Part shown: one piece after another, positions 1 to 8,187 of the stretch | Layout of the letters: each line of letters opens with the position of its first letter | Numbering within the stretch: position 1 is the stretch's first letter | IMG/VR virus record: IMGVR_UViG_3300023270_000004 | Location: 1 to 41,398 of that record | Direction: 5' to 3' (one strand) | DNA length: 41,398 nucleotides | DNA from: a virus | Lineage: Duplodnaviria > Caudoviricetes | Notes under the pieces: generated by a model | Told to the model about the DNA's origin: nothing | Seen by the model: only the letters and a program-made list of their open reading frames with translations | Database searches by the model: none | Translations under genes and position numbers: made by a program

Positions 1-763
1 CAACCTGCTGCCGCTGCTGGACGAGCCCCTGCTGCCACCGGTTGCGCGCCAGCTCGATCGCGTCCTTCTCGGTGATCTGCAGTCCGTCCACCTTGGCGCG
101 CAGATCAGGGAACTTCTCGAGCGGGTCGATCGCGGCCGCCGCCGGCTCACCGGTCAGCAGGGCGAGCTGCTGCATCTGCTCGCGCAGCAGGCCCATCGCG
201 CCAGCGTAGTCGCCGCCGTTGATCATGCCAACGATGCTCATCGCCTGCTGGAACTGCTCCGGCTGCACTTGGTGCTCGTGGAACACTTCCTTCACGTGGC
301 TGACCTGACGCGTCAGCATGTCAGCCTGCTCGCGCAGCGGCCGGAGTTCACGCAGCTCGTTCGCCATCGACTGGAAGCGCTGCTGCGACTCCGGCTTCAG
401 GCCCTCGGGCATCTTCAGGTCGTCGGCGACCGGCTTCGCAGCAGGCACCGCGGGTGCGCCCGGCACTGCGGGCTTCGCGCCGGCCAGCGCCGCGGCGGCG
501 GCATCGGCCGCCACCTTCGCGGCGAACCGGCCGGCCTCGTCGCGCGGCTGTCCCTGCGGCGCCTCTTCGGCGCCCTTCGGGAACATCGCTTCGAGCATCG
601 TCTTCGGCGCGGGCGCCGCATCGATGGCCGGCGCATCCGGCACCACCGCGGCATCGGGCGTCACCACCTCCACCGGCACCGACGTGTCGATCGCGCCCCC
701 GCCGCCGCCCTCGTCATCGGGCTTCATCAGACAGTGCAGTCGGAACAGGCGGTGCAGTTTCAT
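1..763 (-). CDS. Putative capsid scaffolding protein, N-terminal part (continues across the origin)
   Basis: ATG at 763: MKLHRLFRLHCLMKPDDEGGGG..., Pro/Ala/Glu-rich with an RDEAGRF motif, then coiled-coil. The frame is open to base 2. Lies between portal and capsid in circular order. Not in the ORF track. Confidence 0.8.
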   Translation of the reverse strand, partial: MKLHRLFRLHCLMKPDDEGGGGGAIDTSVPVEVVTPDAAVVPDAPAIDAAPAPKTMLEAMFPKGAEEAPQGQPRDEAGRFAAKVAADAAAAALAGAKPAVPGAPAVPAAKPVADDLKMPEGLKPESQQRFQSMANELRELRPLREQADMLTRQVSHVKEVFHEHQVQPEQFQQAMSIVGMINGGDYAGAMGLLREQMQQLALLTGEPAAAAIDPLEKFPDLRAKVDGLQITEKDAIELARNRWQQGLVQQRQQV

Positions 764-794
764 GGCGGCGGTTGGTCAGTTCTGTTGTGCGGGC

Positions 795-828
795 ATCGTT
801 GCGCGTCCGGCGCGGTGTTTTCCCCGCG
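795..828 (-). promoter_or_regulatory. Putative late promoter motif copy (CGCGGGGAAAACACC-N13-AACGAT)
   Basis: Intergenic between the portal stop and scaffold start. The same motif and spacing occur at 4244-4277 and 29989-30022. Confidence 0.65.
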
Positions 829-829
829 T

Positions 830-3061
830 TTACATCGGCCCGGGCTGCATGTCGCCGCCGGGCGCGAGTTGCTCGATCGGCTCCGTCTCCAGCGGCTCGA
901 TCGGCGGCACATCGGGCAGCGGCGTCGCGGCCGGCAGCGTGTCGTTCGCCGGGGCGGCCTCGGCCTGGATGCGGGCGACGATGATCTTTGCCTCGGCCTC
1001 GATTGGCGCGGTCACCTTCGCCACCTCGATGTCGCGGCGCGCATTGATCTGCGCCACCTCCACGTCGCGCTGGGCGTTGGCCTGGCCGACGGCAACCGTG
1101 GCCTGCGCCTCGTCCGCCTTGCTCTTCAGCTGCGCCTCCAGGTCCTGCACCTGCTGAGTGAGTTCCTGGATCTGCTGCTGCATCTGCTGGCCGATCTGCT
1201 GGACGCGCGGATCCTGCATCGGGTCCGGCGCGCCCTGCCCGTCCTCTCCTTCCTTCGGCGCCGGCAGGTACTGCTCGATGTCGAGCCGCTCGTCGAAGCG
1301 CCGCAGCGTTTCTTTGACCAGCGCCACGACCGCGGAGGCCGACTGGTTGTCGCCCTTGGCGCGCAGCTCTGTGACCTGGGCCAGCGCCTTCTCGATGACC
1401 GGCAGCACCTTGGTCCACCGGTCCTGATCCTGCAGCCGGTCCGGCTTGCCCGTGCTGCCGCCCTGCACCCGCACGCTGACCTGCCGGAAGATCTGGTCGG
1501 CGGTCATCTGCGGCCACACCGCTTCCTCGCCGGCGATCTCGCGCACCTCGGCCTCGGTCATCTTGCGAAGGCACATCTCCAGCACGTAGGCGCCCACGTC
1601 CGAGAGCATGTCCTCGGTGATGTCGGTGCGCTCGCTGCTGCGGCTGCGCAGGCCCTGCGCCAGGATCTCGGCCTCGGTGGCGGTCTTCGCCTGGGTGACC
1701 GTGCCGCGGCTGGCGTCCCCGCCGCCGAGCGTCTGCTCGATGTCACCGCGCGCCGGCGCCGTGTCGTAGGCCGTCGGGTTGATGTTCCCGAGCGTGCCGC
1801 TGTAGATGTCGTCGCCGATCGGCTTGCCGCCATTGCCCTCGACGACGATCACGTCGGAGCCCTGGCGGTTGGTGATGTTCGTGACGTCGGTCGGCGTCAG
1901 TGCTCCACCCTTGCGCACCACGTTGAGCGGCAGCGCGAACTTCCGGTCGCGCACCAGGTCGTCCCGATTGGTGTTGTACTCGTTGACCAGCTGGGTGATG
2001 AGTTCCACGTCCGACTGCGGATAGAACGCCCCGTCGACCTCGTTGAACAGCATCAGAAAGAACGGATACCACTGCCGGCCGGTCCAGTCGGGGGACATCG
2101 GCGGCTTGACGAAGCCTTCCTCGCCGTCGCACACGTACAGCACGCGGTTCGACGTCTGGTCCCACACCTCGTAGACGCACAGCAGGCAGCGGTGCTGATC
2201 GCCGCCGCTCGCGTCCTGGGTCGAGCCGTCGGCGGCCTTCGGCTTGTAGCGCTTCGCCTTCTTCGCCTCGTAGCCGGCCCACGCCTTGTACTTTTGCGGC
2301 GTCATCCACACCCGGTGCGCCATCGCGTCGGCGCGCGGGTAGTCCTGCACCTCCTCGACGGACTCGTCCAGGATGATCACGTCCTCGGACTTCACGAAGT
2401 CGTAGACCGGGCCGCGCCATACGGTCACCTCGCTCTGCGACTCCAGGCCGGCGAGCGTCTGCTGCAGCTCGGCCAGCTTCAATTCGTGGTCGGTGGTCGA
2501 CGGATCGTCGAGCTCGGCTCGCAGGGCCTCCACCTTGTTGATGTTGTCCTGCGTGTCCTTCATCCGCTCGATGATTGCGGTGTCGGTCTTCGTGTCCTCC
2601 TGCCACTGGGCCTTCGTCCAGCCCACGGCAGTGGTGTAGGCGGCGGTGAGTTGGCGCTTCGTGCGCTTCTTCAGCCGCGCGTCCTCGACCAGCAGTTTCT
2701 GCAGCAGCGCCTCGGCGGTGTCGCAGAACCCCTGCACCATCTTCAGCCGGGCCTCGGGCACGCCCTTGCGCGGCTTGACGGCGAACTCCGGATCCTTCGC
2801 GTACACCTGCGGCCGCATGCTCGCGAGGTTCGAGAAGAACAGGTTCGTCCGATACGGCTTACCCTCGGCGTCAGGGTTCTTGCCCTGCAGCCGCTGGCGG
2901 TTCGTGGCGAATCGCTTCGTGGCCGCCTCGGTCCGCTTGATCGCCGCTTCGATGCGGCTCATCCACTCTTTGGCGAGCGCCTTGTCCTGGTCGGACACGA
3001 CACGCTCGCCCTGCTGTGGCTGGGCCTGCTGCGGCGATGTGGGCGGAACGAGGTCGGCCAT
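830..3061 (-). CDS. Portal protein (podovirus/P22-like, long C-terminal coiled-coil)
   Basis: 743 aa downstream of terL. Has the TATEAEI motif typical of P22-like portals and a Gln-rich barrel-like C-terminus. Confidence 0.85.
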   Translation of the reverse strand: MADLVPPTSPQQAQPQQGERVVSDQDKALAKEWMSRIEAAIKRTEAATKRFATNRQRLQGKNPDAEGKPYRTNLFFSNLASMRPQVYAKDPEFAVKPRKGVPEARLKMVQGFCDTAEALLQKLLVEDARLKKRTKRQLTAAYTTAVGWTKAQWQEDTKTDTAIIERMKDTQDNINKVEALRAELDDPSTTDHELKLAELQQTLAGLESQSEVTVWRGPVYDFVKSEDVIILDESVEEVQDYPRADAMAHRVWMTPQKYKAWAGYEAKKAKRYKPKAADGSTQDASGGDQHRCLLCVYEVWDQTSNRVLYVCDGEEGFVKPPMSPDWTGRQWYPFFLMLFNEVDGAFYPQSDVELITQLVNEYNTNRDDLVRDRKFALPLNVVRKGGALTPTDVTNITNRQGSDVIVVEGNGGKPIGDDIYSGTLGNINPTAYDTAPARGDIEQTLGGGDASRGTVTQAKTATEAEILAQGLRSRSSERTDITEDMLSDVGAYVLEMCLRKMTEAEVREIAGEEAVWPQMTADQIFRQVSVRVQGGSTGKPDRLQDQDRWTKVLPVIEKALAQVTELRAKGDNQSASAVVALVKETLRRFDERLDIEQYLPAPKEGEDGQGAPDPMQDPRVQQIGQQMQQQIQELTQQVQDLEAQLKSKADEAQATVAVGQANAQRDVEVAQINARRDIEVAKVTAPIEAEAKIIVARIQAEAAPANDTLPAATPLPDVPPIEPLETEPIEQLAPGGDMQPGPM

Positions 3062-3064
3062 CTA

Positions 3065-3676
3065 TCAACCCTGCAGGCTGATCGACACGGTGCCGGAGGT
3101 GTAGGCGCTGACCGTCGCGTGGATGTAGCGCGACAGCTTCACTTCGGCCTCCAGGCCCTGGTTCGTCGCCGCCATCACCACCGCCGACGTGGCCTTGGTC
3201 GCCGAGCTGGCCGACGTGGCGTTCACGTTGGTGACGCCCTGCAGCGAGATCGACTGGATCGGTGCGGGGACAGCGCCCAGCAGCGAGTTGTCGTTCGCGG
3301 TGAACTCGGACAGGCTGGCGAATGAGGTCAGCGTCACGGTGCCGACCAAGTTGCCGGCGACCGCCAGGCCGGCCGAGTGGCTGTTCATCAGCGGCGTGGT
3401 GTCGAACACCTGGGCGCAGCGCGGCGAGCCGCCGTAGGTGCCGTTGCCCACCGAGCCGACCAGTTGCCCGGTCGTGGCGGTCAGCATGTTCAGCGGCCAC
3501 TCGCCGTTCATGGCGGTGAGACCGGTGACGCCGGCGATGGCCACCTTGTCACCGGTCTTCAGCCCGCTGTTGGCGGCGAAGGTGGCGACGATCGGGGTGG
3601 CGTTGGTGCCGCCGGTGATCAGCAGCATGTCGACGGCAGAGCCGGCGGAGCCGAGGGACTTGGTCTTGATGGACAT
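3065..3676 (-). CDS. Putative virion structural/decoration protein (small-residue beta-rich)
   Basis: 203 aa rich in G/A/T/S. The ITGGTNATPIV...GLKTGDKVAIAGVTG..MNG pattern is common in phage structural beta-barrels. SD AAAGGA upstream. Confidence 0.55.
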   Translation of the reverse strand: MSIKTKSLGSAGSAVDMLLITGGTNATPIVATFAANSGLKTGDKVAIAGVTGLTAMNGEWPLNMLTATTGQLVGSVGNGTYGGSPRCAQVFDTTPLMNSHSAGLAVAGNLVGTVTLTSFASLSEFTANDNSLLGAVPAPIQSISLQGVTNVNATSASSATKATSAVVMAATNQGLEAEVKLSRYIHATVSAYTSGTVSISLQG

Positions 3677-3751
3677 GATTCGTTCCTTTGACGCAGAGAA
3701 CAGCCCTGCCAGCCGGGTGCACAGCGAGGGGCTGCACCGGCCCCGTGGTGA

Positions 3752-4237
3752 TCAGTGCTTCACGCCCCCGGACGCCAGCACGATGTCGTCGCCGATCAGC
3801 GGACGGATCGCATCCACGTCGTTCACGAAGGCGTCGGACTTGTCAGCCGCGGGCTTGGTGGCAAGCTCCAGGCGCTGGACCGGGTTCAGGGTGGCGAGCC
3901 GCGCGAGGGCGGCCTGCGCGTCGATGTAGCGCTCGTCCTCGGCGCCGAGCGCGTTGATCGTGTCCTCGAGCCCCATCCCGGCCAGCAGGTCCGCGTGCTC
4001 GCGGCTGTCGGCGTGGATCAGAATCGCGTCGCCGCCCACGGTGCAACCGCCGGCCAGCGTGAAGATGTTGGTTCCGTCCAGGACGCCGGCCACCGTGTAC
4101 AGGTAGGCGACAGCGCCGTCCTCGTCGACGTGCGTCCCCTCGAAGATCACGGCCGGGTCGACCAGCCGCTTGAGGTCGGCCGCGTCGATCGAGCGGCGGT
4201 GCGTGAAGTCCAGGGCGAGGTCAGGCGTCGAGTGCAT
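3752..4237 (-). CDS. Hypothetical acidic protein between terL and portal
   Basis: 161-aa ORF with typical codon usage. ATG lies 6 nt after the hexamer of the repeated promoter motif (leaderless). Confidence 0.7.
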   Translation of the reverse strand: MHSTPDLALDFTHRRSIDAADLKRLVDPAVIFEGTHVDEDGAVAYLYTVAGVLDGTNIFTLAGGCTVGGDAILIHADSREHADLLAGMGLEDTINALGAEDERYIDAQAALARLATLNPVQRLELATKPAADKSDAFVNDVDAIRPLIGDDIVLASGGVKH

Positions 4238-4243
4238 GCAGCC

Positions 4244-4277
4244 ATTGAGCCGCGACCCGACTGGCGTTTTCCCCGCG
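4244..4277 (-). promoter_or_regulatory. Putative late promoter motif copy (CGCGGGGAAAACGCC-N13-CTCAAT)
   Basis: Fills the short intergenic gap after terL. The hexamer is 6 nt from the ATG. Confidence 0.65.
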
Positions 4278-4279
4278 TT

Positions 4280-5752
4280 TCAGCCCCGCAGCAGCCGGCG
4301 CTTCTCTTCCTCGTCCCGCTTGATGATGCCGTCGAGCGACCACGCCGGCGGCCCGGTGAATACACGCGGCTTCTTGACCGTGCTCCACGGGCGCGCCATG
4401 CACATGTACCGCGTCTCGTCGCCCACGTGGTCCTCGCCCTTGGTGTCGACGTCCTCCAGCTTGTTCGGGTCGTTCTGGAGGGCCGGGAACGTGCGCAGGA
4501 AATCCCGGCAATCCTCGGTGACGTAGAGCATGGGCTTGCCGTCCTCACCGTTCAGCCGGCCGCGCACCTGCTGCCAGCCGGCCACGCGGTTGGTGTCGGC
4601 GCGCATGAAGCGCGGGCCGGTGTGCTCGTCGATCTTGACCATGCGCTCGAACAGCGACGGGCCGCTGGAGGTCGTCCACAGGTCGGTGCCGGCCGGGCTC
4701 ATCTGCTCGTTGATCGTCTCGCCCGCCTCGCGCGCCTTGATGCCGCGGGCGATGTCCTCGATGTCCATCCGGATGCCGACGTCCGGGTTCGCGTTGCCGC
4801 CGGCGTCGCGCTCTACCCCGTACCACTCGCGGTAGCGGATGAGCGCGCCGGCCGGGAACTGCCGCTCGCTCCCGTCCGACAGCTTCACCCATTCTTCCTC
4901 GGCCACGCACCACCAGCCGACCGAGAACGGGTGAGCCCCACCCCAGTCCATCGACCGGCCGCGTGTCCAGTGCTTCGGCGGCGTGAAGCGCGGGATCTTG
5001 TGCAGCGCCGAGCGCCAGTTCTCGAAGAAGGCGCCAGCCACGATGTCCCAGTCGCCCTCGAACCATGCCTTGCGCAGCGCCTCATTGCCTGCGGTGGCGG
5101 CGAGCAGCCGGTTCTTGTAGCCCGGGTCCGCCTGCATGCCGATGCGGTTGTCCGCCATCTTCGACGGCACGAACATGCGGACGAAGCCGGTCTCGGGGTC
5201 CACGTAAGGCGTCATCGGCCTGGTCACGTCGATGTAGCGGCCTTTGACCCACACGTGCCCGATGCCGCCCGGGTTGCCGGTCAGCCGCACGGTGCATGGG
5301 ATGCCGTACGGGCTGCGCAGGCAGGACAGCATCTTCAGGAAGCCGGCCGGGCTGGCGTACTCGGTCACCTCGTCGAAGCTGATCCGGCAGTATTGGTGCC
5401 CGTGGTACTTGCCGTAGTCCTTCTCCGCCTCGATGAAGCGCATCTTGACGCTGGCGCCACTCGGCCAGTACCAGCAGTTCGAGAACGGGTACTCGGCGCT
5501 GGGCTGCGTCTTGTAGGTCGCCCCCTCCTGCGGGAACACCTCCATCGCCCTGGCCTGCAGCTCCTCGAGCTCCGGGTAGGTCTTGCGGAACATGATCCCC
5601 CGATAGTGCTTGCCGAAGCGCAGCGCCCCGTCCTCCTGGTAGCCGAGCTGGAAGTCGCTCTTCCCGCCGTAGCGCTCGCCGCCGTAGAACAGCTCATCGC
5701 ACCAGTCGGCCTCGATCGCAGGGAGTTGCCCGCCGGGCTGGGGAATCCACAT
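4280..5752 (-). CDS. terL: Terminase large subunit
   Basis: Walker A YGGERYGGKS, Walker B ISFDEV, LTGNPGGIGH coupling motif, RNase H-like SMDWG and EDHVGDETRY. Confidence 0.95.
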   Translation of the reverse strand: MWIPQPGGQLPAIEADWCDELFYGGERYGGKSDFQLGYQEDGALRFGKHYRGIMFRKTYPELEELQARAMEVFPQEGATYKTQPSAEYPFSNCWYWPSGASVKMRFIEAEKDYGKYHGHQYCRISFDEVTEYASPAGFLKMLSCLRSPYGIPCTVRLTGNPGGIGHVWVKGRYIDVTRPMTPYVDPETGFVRMFVPSKMADNRIGMQADPGYKNRLLAATAGNEALRKAWFEGDWDIVAGAFFENWRSALHKIPRFTPPKHWTRGRSMDWGGAHPFSVGWWCVAEEEWVKLSDGSERQFPAGALIRYREWYGVERDAGGNANPDVGIRMDIEDIARGIKAREAGETINEQMSPAGTDLWTTSSGPSLFERMVKIDEHTGPRFMRADTNRVAGWQQVRGRLNGEDGKPMLYVTEDCRDFLRTFPALQNDPNKLEDVDTKGEDHVGDETRYMCMARPWSTVKKPRVFTGPPAWSLDGIIKRDEEEKRRLLRG

Positions 5753-6322
5753 TCAGGCGAGCCCGTGCGTCTTGAGCCACTGCTCGCGGGTCAGTTGCGG
5801 GCGCAGCGGGCCAGCCATCACGCCGGACTGCCGCTCCGCCTCCTCGGCTTTGGCCATCCGATCCTTCGTCGCGGCGATCAACCCCATGCCCATGGCGGCC
5901 GCCTCGTTCGACACCTTCGTCAGCATGGCGACGGTTCGAAGGGATGCCTCGGATGCGCCGCTTCCCGGGTTGGCATCATCGATCTTGGCCGCCTCCGTGT
6001 TGGCGAGCGCCTGGAGGCGATGCGCTGTCTTCGCGCCGAGTTCCGCAGCCTTGGCCGAACTCTTCATCACGTTGCCGATCGTCTCGGCGAGCGAGAGCGC
6101 GCTGTACTGCTGCGCGACCGGCAATTCAGCCAGCGCCGTATTGGCTTCCGCAACCTTTTGCGCAACCTCACGGACCTTTTGCGATTTTTGCGCAACTCGC
6201 CGCGTCACCTGCGATGGGTGCACCCCGTACTCGCGGGAAAGATCGCTCGCGCCCTCCCCTGCGGCCAGCCGACGCTCGACTTCTTCCCACTGGGCGGGGC
6301 TCAGCTTGGAGGGGCGGCCCAT
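5753..6322 (-). CDS. terS: Terminase small subunit (N-terminal HTH)
   Basis: MGRPSKLSPAQWEEVERRLAAGEGASDLSREYGV HTH, then helical. Directly upstream of terL. Start placed at ATG 6322, overlapping the upstream stop. Confidence 0.75.
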   Translation of the reverse strand: MGRPSKLSPAQWEEVERRLAAGEGASDLSREYGVHPSQVTRRVAQKSQKVREVAQKVAEANTALAELPVAQQYSALSLAETIGNVMKSSAKAAELGAKTAHRLQALANTEAAKIDDANPGSGASEASLRTVAMLTKVSNEAAAMGMGLIAATKDRMAKAEEAERQSGVMAGPLRPQLTREQWLKTHGLA

Positions 6323-6615
6323 CAGAGTTCGACCTCTTCGCCGACCTTGCCGGCGACGTAGGCGCGCATGGCGGCGATCAGTGGCGTGGGGCCGTAGCTG
6401 TCTTCCCGATGGTCTGCCGGCTGCCCAGCCCACCAGCCATAGCGCTTCGATGCGGCGGGGCCGACCGTGATGCGCTCCCGCTCGATGATCGGCCCACCAT
6501 GCTCCCAATTCCGAGAGGGCTGCCAGATGGCACTTGGCACACGGCCCAAGCCCATGGCTTTCGCAACTGCTGCGTCCAGCAGTTCGTCGGACAACTCTTC
6601 CGTCTTGTGCTTCAT
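6322..6615 (-). CDS. NinX/DUF2591-like phage protein
   Basis: LDAAVAKA...PSRNWEHGGPIIERERI...GPTPLIAAMRAYVA are hallmark motifs of the family. Confidence 0.8.
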   Translation of the reverse strand: MKHKTEELSDELLDAAVAKAMGLGRVPSAIWQPSRNWEHGGPIIERERITVGPAASKRYGWWAGQPADHREDSYGPTPLIAAMRAYVAGKVGEEVEL

Positions 6616-6616
6616 G

Positions 6617-6817
6617 TCAGCCCTTCAGCGCCGGGAACAGCGCCTTCAGCCCGGCCGGCGAGTTCAGGCGGTCCAGCCAGCGCTGCTCGGCGCTGACCAC
6701 CTCGAACGTCTCCAGGGTGCGGCGGTCGACCATCATCGTGCGGGAGCCCGGCGGGAGGCAACCGGCCTGATGCCAGACGGACTCCATGGAGTCGAGGATC
6801 TCCTGGGTGGTGGTCAT
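6617..6817 (-). CDS. Hypothetical protein (66 aa)
   Basis: MTTTQEILDSME...; ATGA-coupled to the upstream gene; SD GGAGG. Confidence 0.6.
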   Translation of the reverse strand: MTTTQEILDSMESVWHQAGCLPPGSRTMMVDRRTLETFEVVSAEQRWLDRLNSPAGLKALFPALKG

Positions 6818-7224
6818 CGCGGAGCCTCCGAGGCGTCGATGGCGCGCAGGATGTCCTCGTCCGAGGCGGTGCGGAGCCATGACGTTTCGAACGTGAAGTT
6901 GCCGCGGGTTCCGTCGGCCCGCCAGGTGTGCACTTGAACCCGCACCTGCGGACGGTCTTGCTGTCGGCGCGCAACCTTCACCACCACGGCGCGCCAGTCG
7001 AGAACCTCCGAGGCTTTGAAGGCCTTGCGGATCATCGCCGCATGGAACGGGCTGGCGGGCACGCTCATGCTGATGCCGCAGGTCGTGTCGGCCAACTGGT
7101 GCCGCTCCGCGATCTTGGCGCACTCCTCGGCCACCAGGGCGGCGAACGCTGTCATGTGCTCCTGAGCCGGCGGCTGAGGGAAGCGCGCTGCGAGCGTCAG
7201 ACGCTGGATCAGTTGCTTGTCCAT
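6814..7224 (-). CDS. Hypothetical phage protein (136 aa)
   Basis: MDKQLIQRL...AFAALVAEECAKIAE, a motif frequent in phage accessory proteins. Coupled on both sides. Confidence 0.65.
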   Translation of the reverse strand: MDKQLIQRLTLAARFPQPPAQEHMTAFAALVAEECAKIAERHQLADTTCGISMSVPASPFHAAMIRKAFKASEVLDWRAVVVKVARRQQDRPQVRVQVHTWRADGTRGNFTFETSWLRTASDEDILRAIDASEAPR

Positions 7225-7349
7225 CAGGTGCAAACCCCCGAGGCTGAGCAGTCCGGAGCATCGATGCTGCGGTGCGTGGTGGTTTCGGTCCCGCCCCCAC
7301 CGCATGCGGTCAGCAGCAGGGCCAGAAGGAAGGTGGCGACGGTTTTCAT
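7224..7349 (-). CDS. Small lipoprotein (41 aa), not in ORF track
   Basis: MKTVATFLLALLLTAC|GGGGTETTTHRSIDAPDCSASGVCT*. Lipobox LTAC, ATGA overlap with the upstream stop, TGATG overlap downstream, SD GGAG. Confidence 0.75.
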   Translation of the reverse strand: MKTVATFLLALLLTACGGGGTETTTHRSIDAPDCSASGVCT

Positions 7350-7669
7350 GTGGTCTCCGTGAACGGTAGCGGCAGGCTCTCGCCCACCTTGATGACCTGT
7401 TGGCGCCGGTCCATCGCTGCAATCTCCAGGGCGATGCGGAACCGGCGCTCATGGTCGATGTACTGCTTCGGGCAGTGCTTTGCGAACAGGGCCAGCACGA
7501 TTCTGGCGTCAGATTCGCGGGGTTCTCCCCCTTCCGTCCATGCGGCGACGGTTTTTTGATCCCGGCCGACCTGGCGGGCCACCTCACCCATGGAGATGCC
7601 GACGCTCATCAGACTCCGCACAATGCGGAACCAGTCGCGGCGGCGGCCATGGCTGAGGTTGTGCGACAT
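7346..7669 (-). CDS. HTH protein, candidate late-gene activator
   Basis: GISMGEVARQVGRDQKTVAAWTEGGEP HTH. Located at the end of the nin region, where Q-like regulators lie in lambdoid phages (function inferred). Confidence 0.6.
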   Translation of the reverse strand: MSHNLSHGRRRDWFRIVRSLMSVGISMGEVARQVGRDQKTVAAWTEGGEPRESDARIVLALFAKHCPKQYIDHERRFRIALEIAAMDRRQQVIKVGESLPLPFTETT

Positions 7670-7672
7670 GCT

Positions 7673-7942
7673 TCAGCCGCGATGCGCGCGGCGGTTATTG
7701 GCGCGGTTGCGGCGCTTGGCTGCCATGCGCTGCACGTGGCGGTTCGACCAGCCGGGGCCGCGGCGCTTCGTCTTGCCCCAGTAGCTGCCGGAGTCGATCA
7801 TTCGACGCTGGGCCTTGAGATCGCGCTGGGTGCGGCGCTCGATGACGGCCCTCGGCATGACGTTGAGCGGCGTTGCCGCAACAGCGCCCATACCGCCCAC
7901 CATTGCGGCAAGCGCCAGACCGAGGAATCGGTTGCTATTCAT
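7673..7942 (-). CDS. Hypothetical basic protein with hydrophobic N-terminus
   Basis: 89 aa, Arg/Lys-rich tail, SD AAAGGA, coupled to the upstream gene. Confidence 0.6.
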   Translation of the reverse strand: MNSNRFLGLALAAMVGGMGAVAATPLNVMPRAVIERRTQRDLKAQRRMIDSGSYWGKTKRRGPGWSNRHVQRMAAKRRNRANNRRAHRG

Positions 7943-8187
7943 CTCGTTCCTTTCGTTGTGCCGGGCGTCTCAGCCGCCGGCTTGCTGGCCGCGAACTTTT
8001 CGCGGGCGGTGATGGTTTCGGGCGGCGCCTGGCGGAAGTCACTGCAGATCCGCTCGTAGAGGCCGCTGAAGGTCTGGTGCTTGCCGGCGCTGCGGATCTT
8101 GCAGATCGCGAGGCCATGCCGGGCGAGGGCCTGATCCGTGTCGCGGATCGACCAGTTCACGCAGTCCTGGCAGCGGACGGGGCTCAT
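7939..8187 (-). CDS. Small Cys4 zinc-binding protein
   Basis: CQDC...C...C spacing; coupled ATGA overlaps. Confidence 0.6.
   Translation of the reverse strand: MSPVRCQDCVNWSIRDTDQALARHGLAICKIRSAGKHQTFSGLYERICSDFRQAPPETITAREKFAASKPAAETPGTTKGTR

Noticed and set aside
269-3325. 1018-aa + strand ORF
   Set aside because: Antisense shadow of the portal and scaffold genes in high-GC DNA; Arg/Leu/His-rich with no motifs.
3755-6361. 868-aa + strand ORF
   Set aside because: Shadow of the terminase genes.
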